Source: an uncultured Gemmatimonadales bacterium
GTDB taxonomy: Bacteria; Gemmatimonadota; Gemmatimonadetes; Gemmatimonadales; GWC2-71-9
DNA: 64,000 nucleotides
Direction of reading: 5' to 3'
Assembly: GCA_963695555.1 (NCBI GenBank)
Contig: CAVOGR010000002.1
Coordinates: 486,779-550,778, forward strand
Shown here: positions 48,921 to 59,418 of the stretch, in pieces
Layout of the letters: each line of letters starts with the position of its first letter
How positions within the stretch are numbered: position 1 is the stretch's first letter
The notes under the pieces: model-generated
Told to the model about the DNA's origin: nothing
The model's database searches: none
What the model saw: only the letters and a program-made list of their open reading frames with translations
Made by a program: the position numbers and the translations under genes

Positions 48921-49728
48921 CGCCTGCCGACGGGTCCGGCATTAGGTCTTTCCAATTCGCTTCCTGGGCCGTTTCCTCGTCAACCACACCTGCCACGCGG
49001 GTCAGGAATTCGAGGACAGCCGTGCGAGGGAGGCGCTTTTGGCCGGCGGTATGCCGGACCGCCAGCGCCTCTCCAATCACCGTCGCGTCCATCGCGCGTT
49101 CCTGCGCCCACCGACCACCCTCCGTTTTCGATCCCATGATGCCATCCGAGGCAAAGCGCCAGGCGCGGCAAGTGTTCAACACCGCTCCGGCCCCGGTAGG
49201 GTCATGGAACGAGTCGTGCACTCGATCGCGATGCCATTCAATCACGTTTGCCACCAGCGGCCGAAGAAGCTCCTGCGGCACCCGTCCAATCAGTGCAGTC
49301 GGCGGTGGCCCATACACCGCCCGCCCTGATTCACGGAGCACAAATAGGTCGATCAGGAAATCAGCGCTCTCTTCGGGGCCGGTGAGCTGCGAGGTCCACA
49401 CCCGCCCGGTGACGAACCCAAACACGGCATGTGGAAGTGGCGGCGACCGGCCGACACTCCCGTGTGAGAATGCAATAAGGTCCAGGCCCTTGGCCGGGCA
49501 GGGGAGTGCCGTGTGATCGATCCGCCGCACGAATTCAGCGAGTCGGTCATGGGTGGGAACCGCGCGAACGACGAGCGCAATGTCCACATCGCTGGTGTGT
49601 GTATGGAAGTCGTCCAATGCGAGTGATCCTCCCGCCAGGATCGCCACAACCATGTCACCCAACTCCGAGCGTATCGCGGCTGCCAGCGCGGAGAGATACA
49701 AATCCAACTGCGCGGTCACGGCGGTCAC
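48913..49728 (-). CDS. Nucleotidyltransferase with DUF4111 (aminoglycoside adenylyltransferase-like)
   Basis: GGSLALDDF...SDVD; VLNTCRAW...SK.EGG.WA. Confidence 0.78.
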   Translation of the reverse strand: MTAVTAQLDLYLSALAAAIRSELGDMVVAILAGGSLALDDFHTHTSDVDIALVVRAVPTHDRLAEFVRRIDHTALPCPAKGLDLIAFSHGSVGRSPPLPHAVFGFVTGRVWTSQLTGPEESADFLIDLFVLRESGRAVYGPPPTALIGRVPQELLRPLVANVIEWHRDRVHDSFHDPTGAGAVLNTCRAWRFASDGIMGSKTEGGRWAQERAMDATVIGEALAVRHTAGQKRLPRTAVLEFLTRVAGVVDEETAQEANWKDLMPDPSAGDA

Positions 49729-50219
49729 CTGCGACGGGTCATGTACAGGCGTTTCAATAGCTGGACCTGACCGACATGATAGAGATCATGGCTCACGATG
49801 CCGAACATGAGGTCCACGAAGCGATGGGCCCCGCTGCCGGGCGCGGGCCGATCGAGCCGCCGCGGATCGAACGCCTTGACGGCTTCCACCAGGCGTGCGT
49901 GCTCCTGTCGGAGCAGCGCACGGTCGAGCTTCCAGTGCCTTGCATCGGCGGGCTTGGGCACGGCCGGCCAATTGGAGGGCGAGCGGGGAAACGCTCCCTG
50001 GGGCGAGGCCTCGAGATTCCGGCGCACCGCGTACTTCCAGTAGGCCAGGTGAAGCGTCAGCTCCCAGATCGAATGCCGCTTGAGAGCCGGCTTCCAGGCC
50101 GCCTGCCCGGGCGTCACCCCACGGAGGCAACCGGTGACACCGGCACCGCCGTACCACAAGCGTTTCCCCGCGGGCGGGTCGAGGAGGTGCAGGATCTCCC
50201 CAAGTCGAGGATCACTCAT
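49725..50219 (-). CDS. DinB family protein
   Basis: HSIWELTLHLAYWK, HDLYHVGQV. Confidence 0.85.
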   Translation of the reverse strand: MSDPRLGEILHLLDPPAGKRLWYGGAGVTGCLRGVTPGQAAWKPALKRHSIWELTLHLAYWKYAVRRNLEASPQGAFPRSPSNWPAVPKPADARHWKLDRALLRQEHARLVEAVKAFDPRRLDRPAPGSGAHRFVDLMFGIVSHDLYHVGQVQLLKRLYMTRRR

Positions 50220-50291
50220 CGGTTTCTCCCATCTCCGCGTCTGTATGGCGACATGCACTGCAAATACTGCCGACGGTGCTTGGAGTCACCC

Positions 50292-51077
50292 TCAGTTCTT
50301 TTCGTTCAAGATCTCCTTCTGTAGGAGGTTCTTGAATCGTCCCTTGCTCACGTAATGATCCGACAAGAGCCGCCCGTTCCACACCAAGTTGAACACCCCG
50401 TAGTACGACGGCGCGTTCTGGGCCTGGCGTGCGGAAGTGAACTCGGTGACCTGGAGTTTGAGCCCGTGTTCGGCCGCCATCTCCGAGAGGTCGTGGACCG
50501 ACTTGGGAAGCATCGGGCATTGGGGCGCATAGAGCACGTGGAGGCCGCGGAGCCGTGCCAAGTTCTTGCCGATGTCGCGGAACCTGGGGGCAGTTCCTTT
50601 CTTCAGGCGGTGGACGACCAGCTGGAACCGGTCGGCCTCGGCCACCTGGGTGAACTCGTTCTTGAGGAAGATGTCCTTCCCGGCCATCCAGGTGCCGTCA
50701 CTCACCATGGCCGCGACACCGGTGGCGCGTGCCTGGCGCGCATTGTCAACGCAGGCCTGGATCAGGCGGTGGCCAAGCCCGCCGATCTCCTGTCCGCTCG
50801 GGTAGACCCACAGGCAATGCACGAACAGCCAGCCCTTGGCGTCCACCGGCCGCCAAGCGTACTCGCCCGGGACATACTCGAGGAACGCCAGCGGTTTGCC
50901 TTTCTGGTTACGGTAGAGGAGAAAGCGCAAGCCCTTGGCGAATCGCCGCTCGAGCCACGCGACCTTTGGTTGGTGACCGAGGTGTTTGGGGTTGATGAGA
51001 CAGCCGATGCCGCAGGTCGCGAGGTTGTCAGGGCCGACTCTTTCCAGCGTGATGTCATCCGTATCGGCTCGACTCAT
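50292..51077 (-). CDS. GNAT/YoaP domain protein
   Basis: FLEYVPGEYAWRPV, HCLWV, QCP, AQNAPS.Y..F. Confidence 0.85.
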   Translation of the reverse strand: MSRADTDDITLERVGPDNLATCGIGCLINPKHLGHQPKVAWLERRFAKGLRFLLYRNQKGKPLAFLEYVPGEYAWRPVDAKGWLFVHCLWVYPSGQEIGGLGHRLIQACVDNARQARATGVAAMVSDGTWMAGKDIFLKNEFTQVAEADRFQLVVHRLKKGTAPRFRDIGKNLARLRGLHVLYAPQCPMLPKSVHDLSEMAAEHGLKLQVTEFTSARQAQNAPSYYGVFNLVWNGRLLSDHYVSKGRFKNLLQKEILNEKN

Positions 51078-51110
51078 TGCTGCCTCCTTGTACCGCACAT
51101 TGCTGTGTGA

Positions 51111-51572
51111 TCAGATCTTTCGGTACCGGCCATCGAACAGCGTGTTCCAGTTCTTGCCATCCTCGGACATTTCCATCTTCGACGCCAGGTGCTGCGCATC
51201 GGTGATATCGTATGTCAGGCGGGCGTGCATGCCGGGCCCACCGTGCGCCACCGTGAGAACGTCACCCTCGAAGCGACCAGTGAACGCCTCCGGCGCCGTG
51301 CCCAGGCAATCGAACCAATGGAGGGAGTAGGCCTTCTCCTGCGAATCGAAGGTGAATACCGAGTGACCGGTAAACGTGATGACGCCATCGCGTTCCTGTT
51401 CGTACTCACCGATCAGCGCAAAGCCATTCAATGCCACTCGGCTCTTCATTCTCCCAATGGCGACCCCGCCCTTCGGGTCCCAGTCGGACGGGTACATCGT
51501 CTCTTGTCCTTCCCAGTTTCCTGCGAGCTTCTCGAGCTTTACGTGACCGGCGGACGGCTTCGGCATTTCCAT
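51111..51572 (-). CDS. DUF1579 family protein
   Basis: H.KLEKLAGNW, Y.LHWFD..G. Confidence 0.78.
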   Translation of the reverse strand: MEMPKPSAGHVKLEKLAGNWEGQETMYPSDWDPKGGVAIGRMKSRVALNGFALIGEYEQERDGVITFTGHSVFTFDSQEKAYSLHWFDCLGTAPEAFTGRFEGDVLTVAHGGPGMHARLTYDITDAQHLASKMEMSEDGKNWNTLFDGRYRKI

Positions 51573-51615
51573 AATGGTTCTCCCCTCAGTGTTGACGATT
51601 CTTGCCCGGCGGCGG

Positions 51616-52242
51616 TCAGCCACCCACGTCGTCATCCAAGAACTCGACGACCCCGGTCTCCAGAGAGTATTCGGCGCCGACGATTCGGAGGCCTTCGTGC
51701 TGAATCAAGCGCTCGAGAATCTCGGAGCCGTGGCGCAGGTGGTTGACCGACACCTCGACGTTGGCCCGGACCGCATGCCGGACGACGGCTGGCAGGTTGT
51801 GCCGCCCCTCGCTTTGCAATCCCTGTTCCACCGAGGGGCGGATACAGTCCATGATTGCACGGAGGTTCGGTGATTGGTCTTGCTTGGGCTGCCGTAGCTC
51901 TTCCAACGTGGCGAGCACGGCCCCGCACTGGGAATGCCCCAATACCACCACGAGGCGGGTGCCGAACTGGGCCGCGGCGAACTCGACGCTGCCGACCAAT
52001 GAAGGCGCCACGATGTTGCCGGCCACGCGAATGACAAATAAGTCGCCGAGCCACTGGTCGAAGACGATCTCCGCCGGCACCCGCGAATCGGCGCACCCGA
52101 GGATGATGGCGAACGGCTCCTGCGCCTGGGCCATCTCGGCGCGGCGCGCGAGGCTCAGGCTCGGGTCGTGACTCCGAGCGCCCGCCGCGAATCGACGGTT
52201 CCCCTCACGCAGTCGTTCGAGTGCCTCATGCGCCGATATCAT
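51616..52242 (-). CDS. Beta-class carbonic anhydrase
   Basis: GCADSRV, RVAGN, GHSQCGA. Confidence 0.93.
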   Translation of the reverse strand: MISAHEALERLREGNRRFAAGARSHDPSLSLARRAEMAQAQEPFAIILGCADSRVPAEIVFDQWLGDLFVIRVAGNIVAPSLVGSVEFAAAQFGTRLVVVLGHSQCGAVLATLEELRQPKQDQSPNLRAIMDCIRPSVEQGLQSEGRHNLPAVVRHAVRANVEVSVNHLRHGSEILERLIQHEGLRIVGAEYSLETGVVEFLDDDVGG

Positions 52243-52330
52243 CGGATGTTTGGATCCTTCATGGCCGGATGGCGCCTCATGTCTCCTGTGCCTGGGTCGG
52301 CTTGGTAGGCGCTGCGTAGAGTCGGTCGAT

Positions 52331-53053
52331 TCATACCTCTGGCCGGGGTTTGCCGAGTGCTGGCGGCTGATCGGATGAGGACGGCGACTGGACCGCCAGT
52401 GCAAGGCGTGCGGCCACCGCCTCCATTTGATGCCGCCGCCGCCGTGCCCACCGCGGCAGGCGGAGCGCGATGGAGCCGAACACGCCGAGTCCGATAGTCG
52501 ACAGTATTGCGATTGTCTCAAAGGCCTCGCCGGCGTGGCCGGTCGCCGCCGCCGCGGTCATCACCGCGCCTGCGACTCCGATGAACCCGAGCCCGACGGT
52601 CATCACGCCTCGGGCTTCGCTTTTGACGGTTTGCAGCCGGAGCCGGTGCCCGGTTGCTGTCGGCTCGAGCAGAGCTTGCAGGTTGCCGTTGGTCCACTGC
52701 CGGAACGATCCGTCGGTCTTGACCGTGCCCCGAGCGTCGAATGTCTCGCGCAGGTCGACGACCAGGCGCTCCCACTCAGCATCGGATAGCCGCCGTTCGA
52801 GATCGAGGGTCCGGCCGACGCCAATCGGCAGGCCGAGGAACCGGCGCGACGGCTGACGGCTGGGCTCGTGTATCGATTGGGCGGCCTGAGCTACCAGTTC
52901 GGGTGGGATGCCCACCTCGCGGCCGATCTCCTGCAGGTCGGCCAGCGTCATGCCCTCGCCCGGGGGCAGGTGACGCCGGGCGGTTTGCTGCGCCTCGGCC
53001 GCCCGCTCGAAGATGGCGGCGACCTCCTCCTCGCTGTATCGTCGCTCGGTCAT
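52331..53053 (-). CDS. Hypothetical membrane protein
   Basis: MTERRYSEEEVAAIFERAA...GMTLADLQEIGREVGI; two C-terminal TM segments. Confidence 0.75.
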   Translation of the reverse strand: MTERRYSEEEVAAIFERAAEAQQTARRHLPPGEGMTLADLQEIGREVGIPPELVAQAAQSIHEPSRQPSRRFLGLPIGVGRTLDLERRLSDAEWERLVVDLRETFDARGTVKTDGSFRQWTNGNLQALLEPTATGHRLRLQTVKSEARGVMTVGLGFIGVAGAVMTAAAATGHAGEAFETIAILSTIGLGVFGSIALRLPRWARRRRHQMEAVAARLALAVQSPSSSDQPPALGKPRPEV

Positions 53054-53318
53054 AATGGGTGAAGATCGCTGGGCTCGCCGTCGGAGGGCAAACCGGCACC
53101 CATCGATGAGCTGGTCCACTGTATATGGCGATGCGACAGGTTGTGAAACGCCCGGGGTACCCTTAGTCTTCCCAGCGTCGGGGGCTGGGCTTTCGACCCA
53201 GTACCGCCCCCGCGCACACGGCGGCCTCGCAGGACTCCCTTCAATATAACGTGCGCAGAAACCAGTACGGCTCACCGGCGGATCTGTCGGCAGGCCGTGC
53301 CACAACGACAGGACATTT

Positions 53319-54641
53319 GTGCCTTTCAGTAGCCTGGAATTACACCCGAGTCTCCTTCGCGGGATTCGGGATCTCGGATTCGTCCGTCCCACACCCATTC
53401 AGACCGAGGCGGTTCCGCCCGGGCTGGCGGGTCGCGACGTGCTCGCCTGCGCCATGACCGGCAGCGGCAAGACCGCGGCCTTCCTCTGGCCGATCATGCA
53501 CCAGCTCCTCGCCCAGCCCGCGGCGGGCGACGCGGGCCCTGGTGCTGACTCCCACGCGGGAGCTAGCCGCGCAGATCCTCGGTGATCTGCAGGATCTCGG
53601 GAAGCACACGCCCGATCACCGCGGCCGCCGTCTTCGGCGGCGTGGGGATGGGCCCGCAGGAAGCGGCATTCCGCCGAAAGGTGGACGTGCTCATCGCCAC
53701 GCCGGGCCGGCTGCTGGACCACTTGCAGTCCGACTACGCGCGGCTCGACGACATCGAGCATTTCGTGCTCGACGAGGCCGACCGGATGCTCGACATGGGC
53801 TTCCTGCCGGACGTGAAGCGGATCATCCAGCCGGCTGCCCGCGCGGCGCCAGACACTCTTCTTCAGCGCGACGATGCCGGAGCCGATCGTGGCGCTGACG
53901 CGTGAGATGCTGAAGTCGCCGGTGCGGATCCAGCTTGCAGCGGCGGGCCGCCCCTGCGCCGGGGATCACGCAGGCCGTGTACCCGGTTCCGCAGCAGCTC
54001 AAGCGGAACCTGCTGGTCGCGCTCCTCGAGCGCGGCGACCTGAAGGAAGCCCTGGTCTTCACCCGCACGAAGCACCGGGCCGACCGGCTGCGCCAAGGCG
54101 CTGCTGGCCGCGCGGCATCGTGGCGGAGCGGATTCACGGCAATCGGTCGCAGGCGCAGCGCACGGCGGCGCTCGCCGGGTTCAAGGCGGGCAAGTTCCGC
54201 GTGCTCGTGGCCACCGACATCGCCGCGCGCGGCATCGATGTAGAGGCATTGGGCCACGTGGTGAACTTCGACGTGCCGAAGGTGCCCGACGACTACATCC
54301 ACCGCGTGGGCCGGACGGCCCGGGCGGAGGCCGTGGGTGAGGCGTTCACCTTGGTGGCTCCGGAAGAAGAGGGCGAACTTCGGGCTATCGAGCGGGCGGT
54401 GGGGCAGCGGCTGCCGCGCGTGACGGTGCCGGACTTCGACTACAGTGCCAGGCCGAGGCGAAGCTGGAGGTGCCGCATCGCCGAGCGGATCGCCGCGATC
54501 CGGGCGCGCAAAGCCGAGGAGCGAGCGCGAGCCAAGGTCAACGCCGAGCGCCGCGCCGCGGCCGCCGCACGTGGAGCTGCGCGGCCTTCCGCCCGCGCCC
54601 CCAAGCAGCGGGCGCCTCGGACCCGTCGCCGGTCCGCATAA
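53319..54641 (+). pseudogene. DEAD-box RNA helicase (RhlE-like), multiple frameshifts
   Basis: [42 protein letters not shown] spread across frames. Confidence 0.9.
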
Positions 54642-54821
54642 GGGACCATCTGACCCGCGGCGGGCACTTCGTGGGCCGCCGCGCCGCGCCGTACATGAAT
54701 GGCAGAGCGGCCTCGCCCGGTTGACAGCGCCGGGACACGGCCGCTTTGTTGGTGCCTTGCACGTCATGCTCCAGCGGCTCCAGCCGAGCCGGTACCACAC
54801 ACCTTATGGAGGCACCCCCCC

Positions 54822-55259
54822 ATGCGTATGCTCACCCCACTCCTGTGCGCTGTTCTCGTCGCACTTCCATCAGCCGCCCTGGCCCAGGGCGGCGCCGAAG
54901 CCGCGGTCCACCAGGGAACCAAGGCCTGGATGGCCGCCTGGAACGCGGGCGACGCGGCGGCCATCGCCGCGCTCTATGCCGAGGACGCCCTGCTCATGGC
55001 ACCCGGCGCCGAGTCGGCGAAAGGCCGTGCCGCGATCGAGGGGCTCGTCAAGGTCGCGCTCGAAGCGGCAGGCGGATCGAAGATGGAGATCAAGCCGACC
55101 GAGGTCATGGAGAGCGGTGATTTGGCGGTGGAAATTGGCACGTTCACCGAAAGCGCTGCCGACGGGTCGCACCGCGACCACGGCAAGTACATGGCCGCGT
55201 GGAAGAAGGTCGACGGGAAGTGGGTGATGTACTGGGACACCTGGAACAGCAGCATGTAG
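54822..55259 (+). CDS. Secreted DUF4440/YybH (NTF2-like) protein
   Basis: Signal peptide; WNAGDAAAIAALY, GKY..WKK.DGKW. Confidence 0.85.
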   Translation: MRMLTPLLCAVLVALPSAALAQGGAEAAVHQGTKAWMAAWNAGDAAAIAALYAEDALLMAPGAESAKGRAAIEGLVKVALEAAGGSKMEIKPTEVMESGDLAVEIGTFTESAADGSHRDHGKYMAAWKKVDGKWVMYWDTWNSSM

Positions 55260-55285
55260 ACCTAGTGGGTGACGGATCTTTGGAC

Positions 55286-55316
55286 GAAGCGGGCCGGCGT
55301 TGCGCCGGCCCGCTTC
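55286..55316. terminator. Terminator hairpin between convergent genes
   Basis: GAAGCGGGCCGGCG-TTG-CGCCGGCCCGCTTC followed by ATTT. Confidence 0.7.
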
Positions 55317-55355
55317 ATTTCGTCCACCCTGGTCACGCGAAGGGATGTCCGTCGG

Positions 55356-55940
55356 TCACTCCGGCTCGACCGCCCCTGCGGCGGGCCAGCCGCTATCACC
55401 AATCCGTGTGAGCGTCATCTCGAAGAAGCGAATGGGGTCCCTCCCGGGGACAATCCGATCGCCGACCTCCCGCCAGGTGCCATTGCCTACGACCGCTGTG
55501 TACCGGATCGTGGTCGGCCCGGCCGGGATCTCCCAGTAGAAGCCGTCGGCGGTCGGGGTCAAGACAAAGTTCCCCGCATTTCCTTGGGAATACGCCCGAA
55601 TGGTGTAGGCACCCGTTCCCGGGTCAAAGGAAATGACGGCCAACGCGTTGAAACCAACGCTTCCGTTGCTTTCGTAGCCGCGACCTTCCACTACCTTGAC
55701 CGCTCCGTCCAAGAAGGGGCCGACCCGCTCCGTCTGGGTGAGCGTGTGCTTCTCTCCCGAGGGCAGCAGTTGCCAGGCCGAACCCCGCCACTCTCCATCC
55801 ATGAAGGCCAACCGACCCATGGCCTCGCGCTGGGCTTTGAGCAAGGCCTGAGGATCCGGCCGCCCCTGCGCTGAAGTACTCGATGGAGCTGCGGTCGCCA
55901 TCACAAACAGCCCAGCTGCTGCGACCACATATCTGCGCAT
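55356..55940 (-). CDS. Secreted DUF1579-like protein
   Basis: Signal peptide; AQREAM..LAFMDGEWRG, QTERVG. Confidence 0.75.
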   Translation of the reverse strand: MRRYVVAAAGLFVMATAAPSSTSAQGRPDPQALLKAQREAMGRLAFMDGEWRGSAWQLLPSGEKHTLTQTERVGPFLDGAVKVVEGRGYESNGSVGFNALAVISFDPGTGAYTIRAYSQGNAGNFVLTPTADGFYWEIPAGPTTIRYTAVVGNGTWREVGDRIVPGRDPIRFFEMTLTRIGDSGWPAAGAVEPE

Positions 55941-55990
55941 TCTGGTGCTCCTCACGTGAGGGTGGTTCACGGCACTCTCGTCATTGTCAA

Positions 55991-56092
55991 TCAATTGTCC
56001 CTTTTCACGATGACGTTTTGGTAGGGGTACGGAATCTCGATACCTGCCGCATTGAACCGCGCCTTGGTCTGCTCGAAGAGATCCCACTCGAA
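55991..56092 (-). pseudogene. C-terminal remnant of an MscS-family channel
   Basis: FEWDLFEQTKARFNAAGIEIPYPYQNVIVK* with no upstream coding part. Confidence 0.55.
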
Positions 56093-56188
56093 GCGTCCAG
56101 GCCTCACGGATCGACGCGGCGCCACCGCGCGCTGCACCGACCCAGTCGTCGATGATCGTCGCGCGGCAACCACAGACCGAAGATTGCC

Positions 56189-56881
56189 TCAGCCGGTAGC
56201 CACCCCAAACAACGCGCCGACCCCGGCTGTCAAGGCCATGGCCAAGGCGCCCCAGAAGGTGACCCGCACCGCCGCAGTCATTAAGGATGCGCCACCGGCG
56301 CGCGCACTCAGGGAACCCAACAGCGCGAGAAATATGAGCGCGCTCCCCGCCACGGCCCACATGACCATTGTGACCGGCACCAACAACACGACCAGGAGAG
56401 GCAATGCCGCGCCAACGGCAAAGGTGGCGGCTGAGGCCAGGGCGGCTTGAACCGGCCGTGCGGTCAGTGTGTCGGAAATCCCCAGTTCGTCACGTGCATG
56501 CGCGCCGAGTGCGTCGTGCTGCATCAACTGGGTGGCCACCTGGGCGGCCAGGTCGGCGTCCAGTCCGCGCTGCACGTAGATGGCGGTCATTTCCGCGTGC
56601 TCGTGGTCGGGGTCGGTTGCCAGTTCCAGGCGCTCTCGATCCAGGTCGGCGCGCTCGGTGTCGGCCTGCGAGCTGACCGAGACATACTCGCCGGCAGCCA
56701 TCGACATGGCGCCAGCCACGAGGCCGGCCACGCCCGCGATCAACACGCTCCGTGAGTTTCCACCCGCTGCAGCCACACCGAGCACCAGGCTGGCGGTCGA
56801 CACGATCCCGTCATTGGCGCCGAGCACCGCTGCGCGGAGCCATCCGATGCGGTGCGTCCGGTGTCGCTCAATGTGCCTCAT
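56189..56881 (-). CDS. VIT1/CCC1 family Fe/Mn transporter
   Basis: WLRAAVLGANDGIVS, AGAMSMAAGEYVSV. Confidence 0.92.
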   Translation of the reverse strand: MRHIERHRTHRIGWLRAAVLGANDGIVSTASLVLGVAAAGGNSRSVLIAGVAGLVAGAMSMAAGEYVSVSSQADTERADLDRERLELATDPDHEHAEMTAIYVQRGLDADLAAQVATQLMQHDALGAHARDELGISDTLTARPVQAALASAATFAVGAALPLLVVLLVPVTMVMWAVAGSALIFLALLGSLSARAGGASLMTAAVRVTFWGALAMALTAGVGALFGVATG

Positions 56882-56974
56882 GTGGTTGCTTTCATCGTAG
56901 GAGCTCCATAGTGCTGCCACACCGTGCCCTCCGCCCAGAGCAGTGGTCCTGGCACGCGACCCCTGCTCTCCATG

Positions 56975-57319
56975 TCACTGCTCGGCGTCCCAGTGGAACC
57001 TATGCATGAACCGGTGGACCACCGGAGCCAAAACGATGCCTACCGCGACCAAGAAGACCAGGCCGGCGTAGAGGGCGTACAGGCCGGCGAAGAGCTTGCC
57101 GCCATCGGTCTGTGGCGATTCGACCGGCCCCATCCCACCCAGCAGCATGGCGGCGTTGAGAAACGCGTCGCGCCAGGCCAGGTGTTCATAGTGCGCGTAG
57201 CCTGCCATGCCGAGGAGTAGCGAGCCCAAGATGAGCCCGGAGGCGGCCAGGAAATGGCCCAGTAGCCGCCGCCGGAAATGGGGCCGCGAGAGGGGACGAT
57301 GCTTGGTTGATTCGTACAC
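56975..57319 (-). CDS. Small two-TM protein with pore-loop-like segment
   Basis: TM, then WRDAFLNAAMLLGGMGP, then GKLFAGLYALY TM. Confidence 0.75.
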   Translation of the reverse strand: MYESTKHRPLSRPHFRRRLLGHFLAASGLILGSLLLGMAGYAHYEHLAWRDAFLNAAMLLGGMGPVESPQTDGGKLFAGLYALYAGLVFLVAVGIVLAPVVHRFMHRFHWDAEQ

Positions 57320-57325
57320 GACTCG

Positions 57326-58022
57326 CTACGGGTTCTCCGCCCGGTCGCCGATGAGCCGGTAGACCAGCGCGCCCAGGATCCCGCCCACGATCGGCGCCAC
57401 CCAGAAGAGCCACAGCTGGCCCACGGCCCAATCGCCGACGAACAGGGCCACGCCCGTGCTCCGTGCTGGGTTCACCGACGTGTTGGTCACGGGAATGCTG
57501 ATCAGGTGAATCAGGGTGAGACCCAGCCCGATCGCTATCGGCGCGAATCCCGCCGGTGCTCGCTTATCGGTGGCGCCCAGAATGATCAGCAGGAACATCA
57601 TGGTCATGACGACTTCGGTGACCAGCGCCGCCAGCGAGGCTGTAGCCACCTGGGGAATGGGCACCGTAGCCGTTCGAAGCGAAGCCGGCCGACACGTCGA
57701 AACCGGCCTTGCCGCTCGCGATGAGGTAGAGGACGCCTCCCGCGGCCACCCCGCCCAGGACCTGGGCCACGATGTAGGGCAGCAGTTGATTGGCCGGGAA
57801 CCGCCCGCCGGCCCAGAGCCCCACCGACACGGCCGGGTTGATATGGCAGCCGGATATGTGGCCGATCGCGTAGGCCATGGTCAGGAGTGTCAGACCAAAT
57901 GCCAGCGATACACCGAGCAGACCGATGCCCACGTTAGGAAACGCCGCGGCCAACACCGCGCTACCGCACCCGCCCAGCACCAGCCAGAATGTCCCAACGA
58001 ACTCGGCGCCATACTTCTTCAT
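57326..58022 (-). pseudogene. aqpZ: Aquaporin Z, one frameshift near 57650
   Basis: [33 protein letters not shown]. Confidence 0.92.
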
Positions 58023-58062
58023 GGTGACATCCCTCGTTGATGGTTAATGCTTCACCCCGGGG

Positions 58063-58453
58063 TCAGCGTGCGGACGCTTGCGATCGAGCTGCGAGCAGGC
58101 CGCCCAGGATCCCAGCGACAATGCGGCCGATGTTCGATACCGCAAAGACAGGTTGAAACTCGGTGCCGCTCGCGAGGAGAATGGCGACATCGATGGCGGC
58201 GGCGACCACTCCCAGAGCCAATCCATTGATTACATGGGCCGTCGCGAGGCCCCGCGCAACCCACCAGCCGCCGATCACGCACAACACGAAGCCCGGCAAT
58301 CGGGCCGACCCAATAGCCGAGCCGCACCGCGTAGGCCTCGGCCGCGGCCGGCTCGGAAGGCCCGGCGAGCGCCACCAGCACCACCAGCACCAGCACGGCC
58401 AGCACTTCGACCGCGACCGCTGCGACGAGAATACGACCAACTCGGATCTGCAT
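58063..58453 (-). pseudogene. Membrane protein, frameshift near 58295
   Basis: Hydrophobic halves in two overlapping frames. Confidence 0.6.
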
Positions 58454-58545
58454 CGGGTCTCCTTTCACAGGGTAGCTGGCCTCACCGATTCACGGTCGGG
58501 GCCCGCTCGACCACGGTGTCCGCTGGACTCCGCTGCTTCAGACGA

Positions 58546-59334
58546 CTACGCGCCCGGCCCGAAATCAGTAAAGACGAAGTTGTACGCCTCGTGCTCGGGG
58601 TCGTACTCTGCGCGGAAGGCCGCGGGTACGGCTGCGGCCATCCCGGGAATTTCGGGAATGGGCAAATCGAATGACTTCCTTTCCATCAGCAGCGCGCGTG
58701 TGAGCATGGGCTCGATGAAGATGGGCTTGCCGTGGTAGTAACCGATGATCATGCTACCGCGAAAGACCTCCGTGCTCTCCAGCTCGGACGTCAACACGGA
58801 ATGCATGCCCATCTGCGGAACACACAGGCCGGTGAGGGTGCCCACCCCGGCCATCTCGGCCATCTCAGGCGGCAAGGTCAGGTCGGGCATACTGTATTCA
58901 GCGGGGATAGCGGACGGCTTGGTCTCATCGGCGCAGTCAATAGCGGCGACTTCCGCGGGCGGGATCGTGTAGAAGTGGAAGTCGAAGTGCGGCGTCAGGT
59001 ATGGACCGGGCGGGTGTCCCATGGCTTCCCAGAACATGGTGAGGTGGGTAAGACCAGCCTGCGATTGGGCCGCCTCCGGCATTGACGGTGCAATGGCGGG
59101 AACCGGGGGCCAGGCCATGTGCTCATCGTCCGGGGCATTCTGGATGCTCGCCATGGGGATGGTGGCGCCGACCTCGAGGACGGCCGTGCCCTGCATCATT
59201 GCCCAGGTGCAGACCTCTCCCTGGTACGCCACGGCGCAGTCGCCCTGAACCCGGACGACCGGGTTGTCCTTGGCGCATGCCGAGAGGGCCACGGCAAACG
59301 CCGCCAGGCCAATGGTAAGGGGGAATCGAGACAT
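58546..59334 (-). CDS. Lipoprotein (TTHB210/DUF5602-like)
   Basis: Lipobox LSAC; GHPP..Y..PHFDFHFY, VPQMGMH, FIEPM. Confidence 0.75.
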   Translation of the reverse strand: MSRFPLTIGLAAFAVALSACAKDNPVVRVQGDCAVAYQGEVCTWAMMQGTAVLEVGATIPMASIQNAPDDEHMAWPPVPAIAPSMPEAAQSQAGLTHLTMFWEAMGHPPGPYLTPHFDFHFYTIPPAEVAAIDCADETKPSAIPAEYSMPDLTLPPEMAEMAGVGTLTGLCVPQMGMHSVLTSELESTEVFRGSMIIGYYHGKPIFIEPMLTRALLMERKSFDLPIPEIPGMAAAVPAAFRAEYDPEHEAYNFVFTDFGPGA

Positions 59335-59418
59335 GGTGTTACTCCTTGGGGGAAGGGTTCGGTCACCACGACCGAAATGAGGCTGCACGAGTTCTTGCGA
59401 AACTGTCCCGCATTGATA

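Noticed and set aside
48913..49728. Anti-phage nucleotidyltransferase (CBASS or MNT-HEPN)
   Set aside because: Looks like AadA/DUF4111; no effector or HEPN partner
53319..54641. Programmed frameshifting in the DEAD helicase
   Set aside because: Several scattered indels and no slippery site; sequencing error is more plausible
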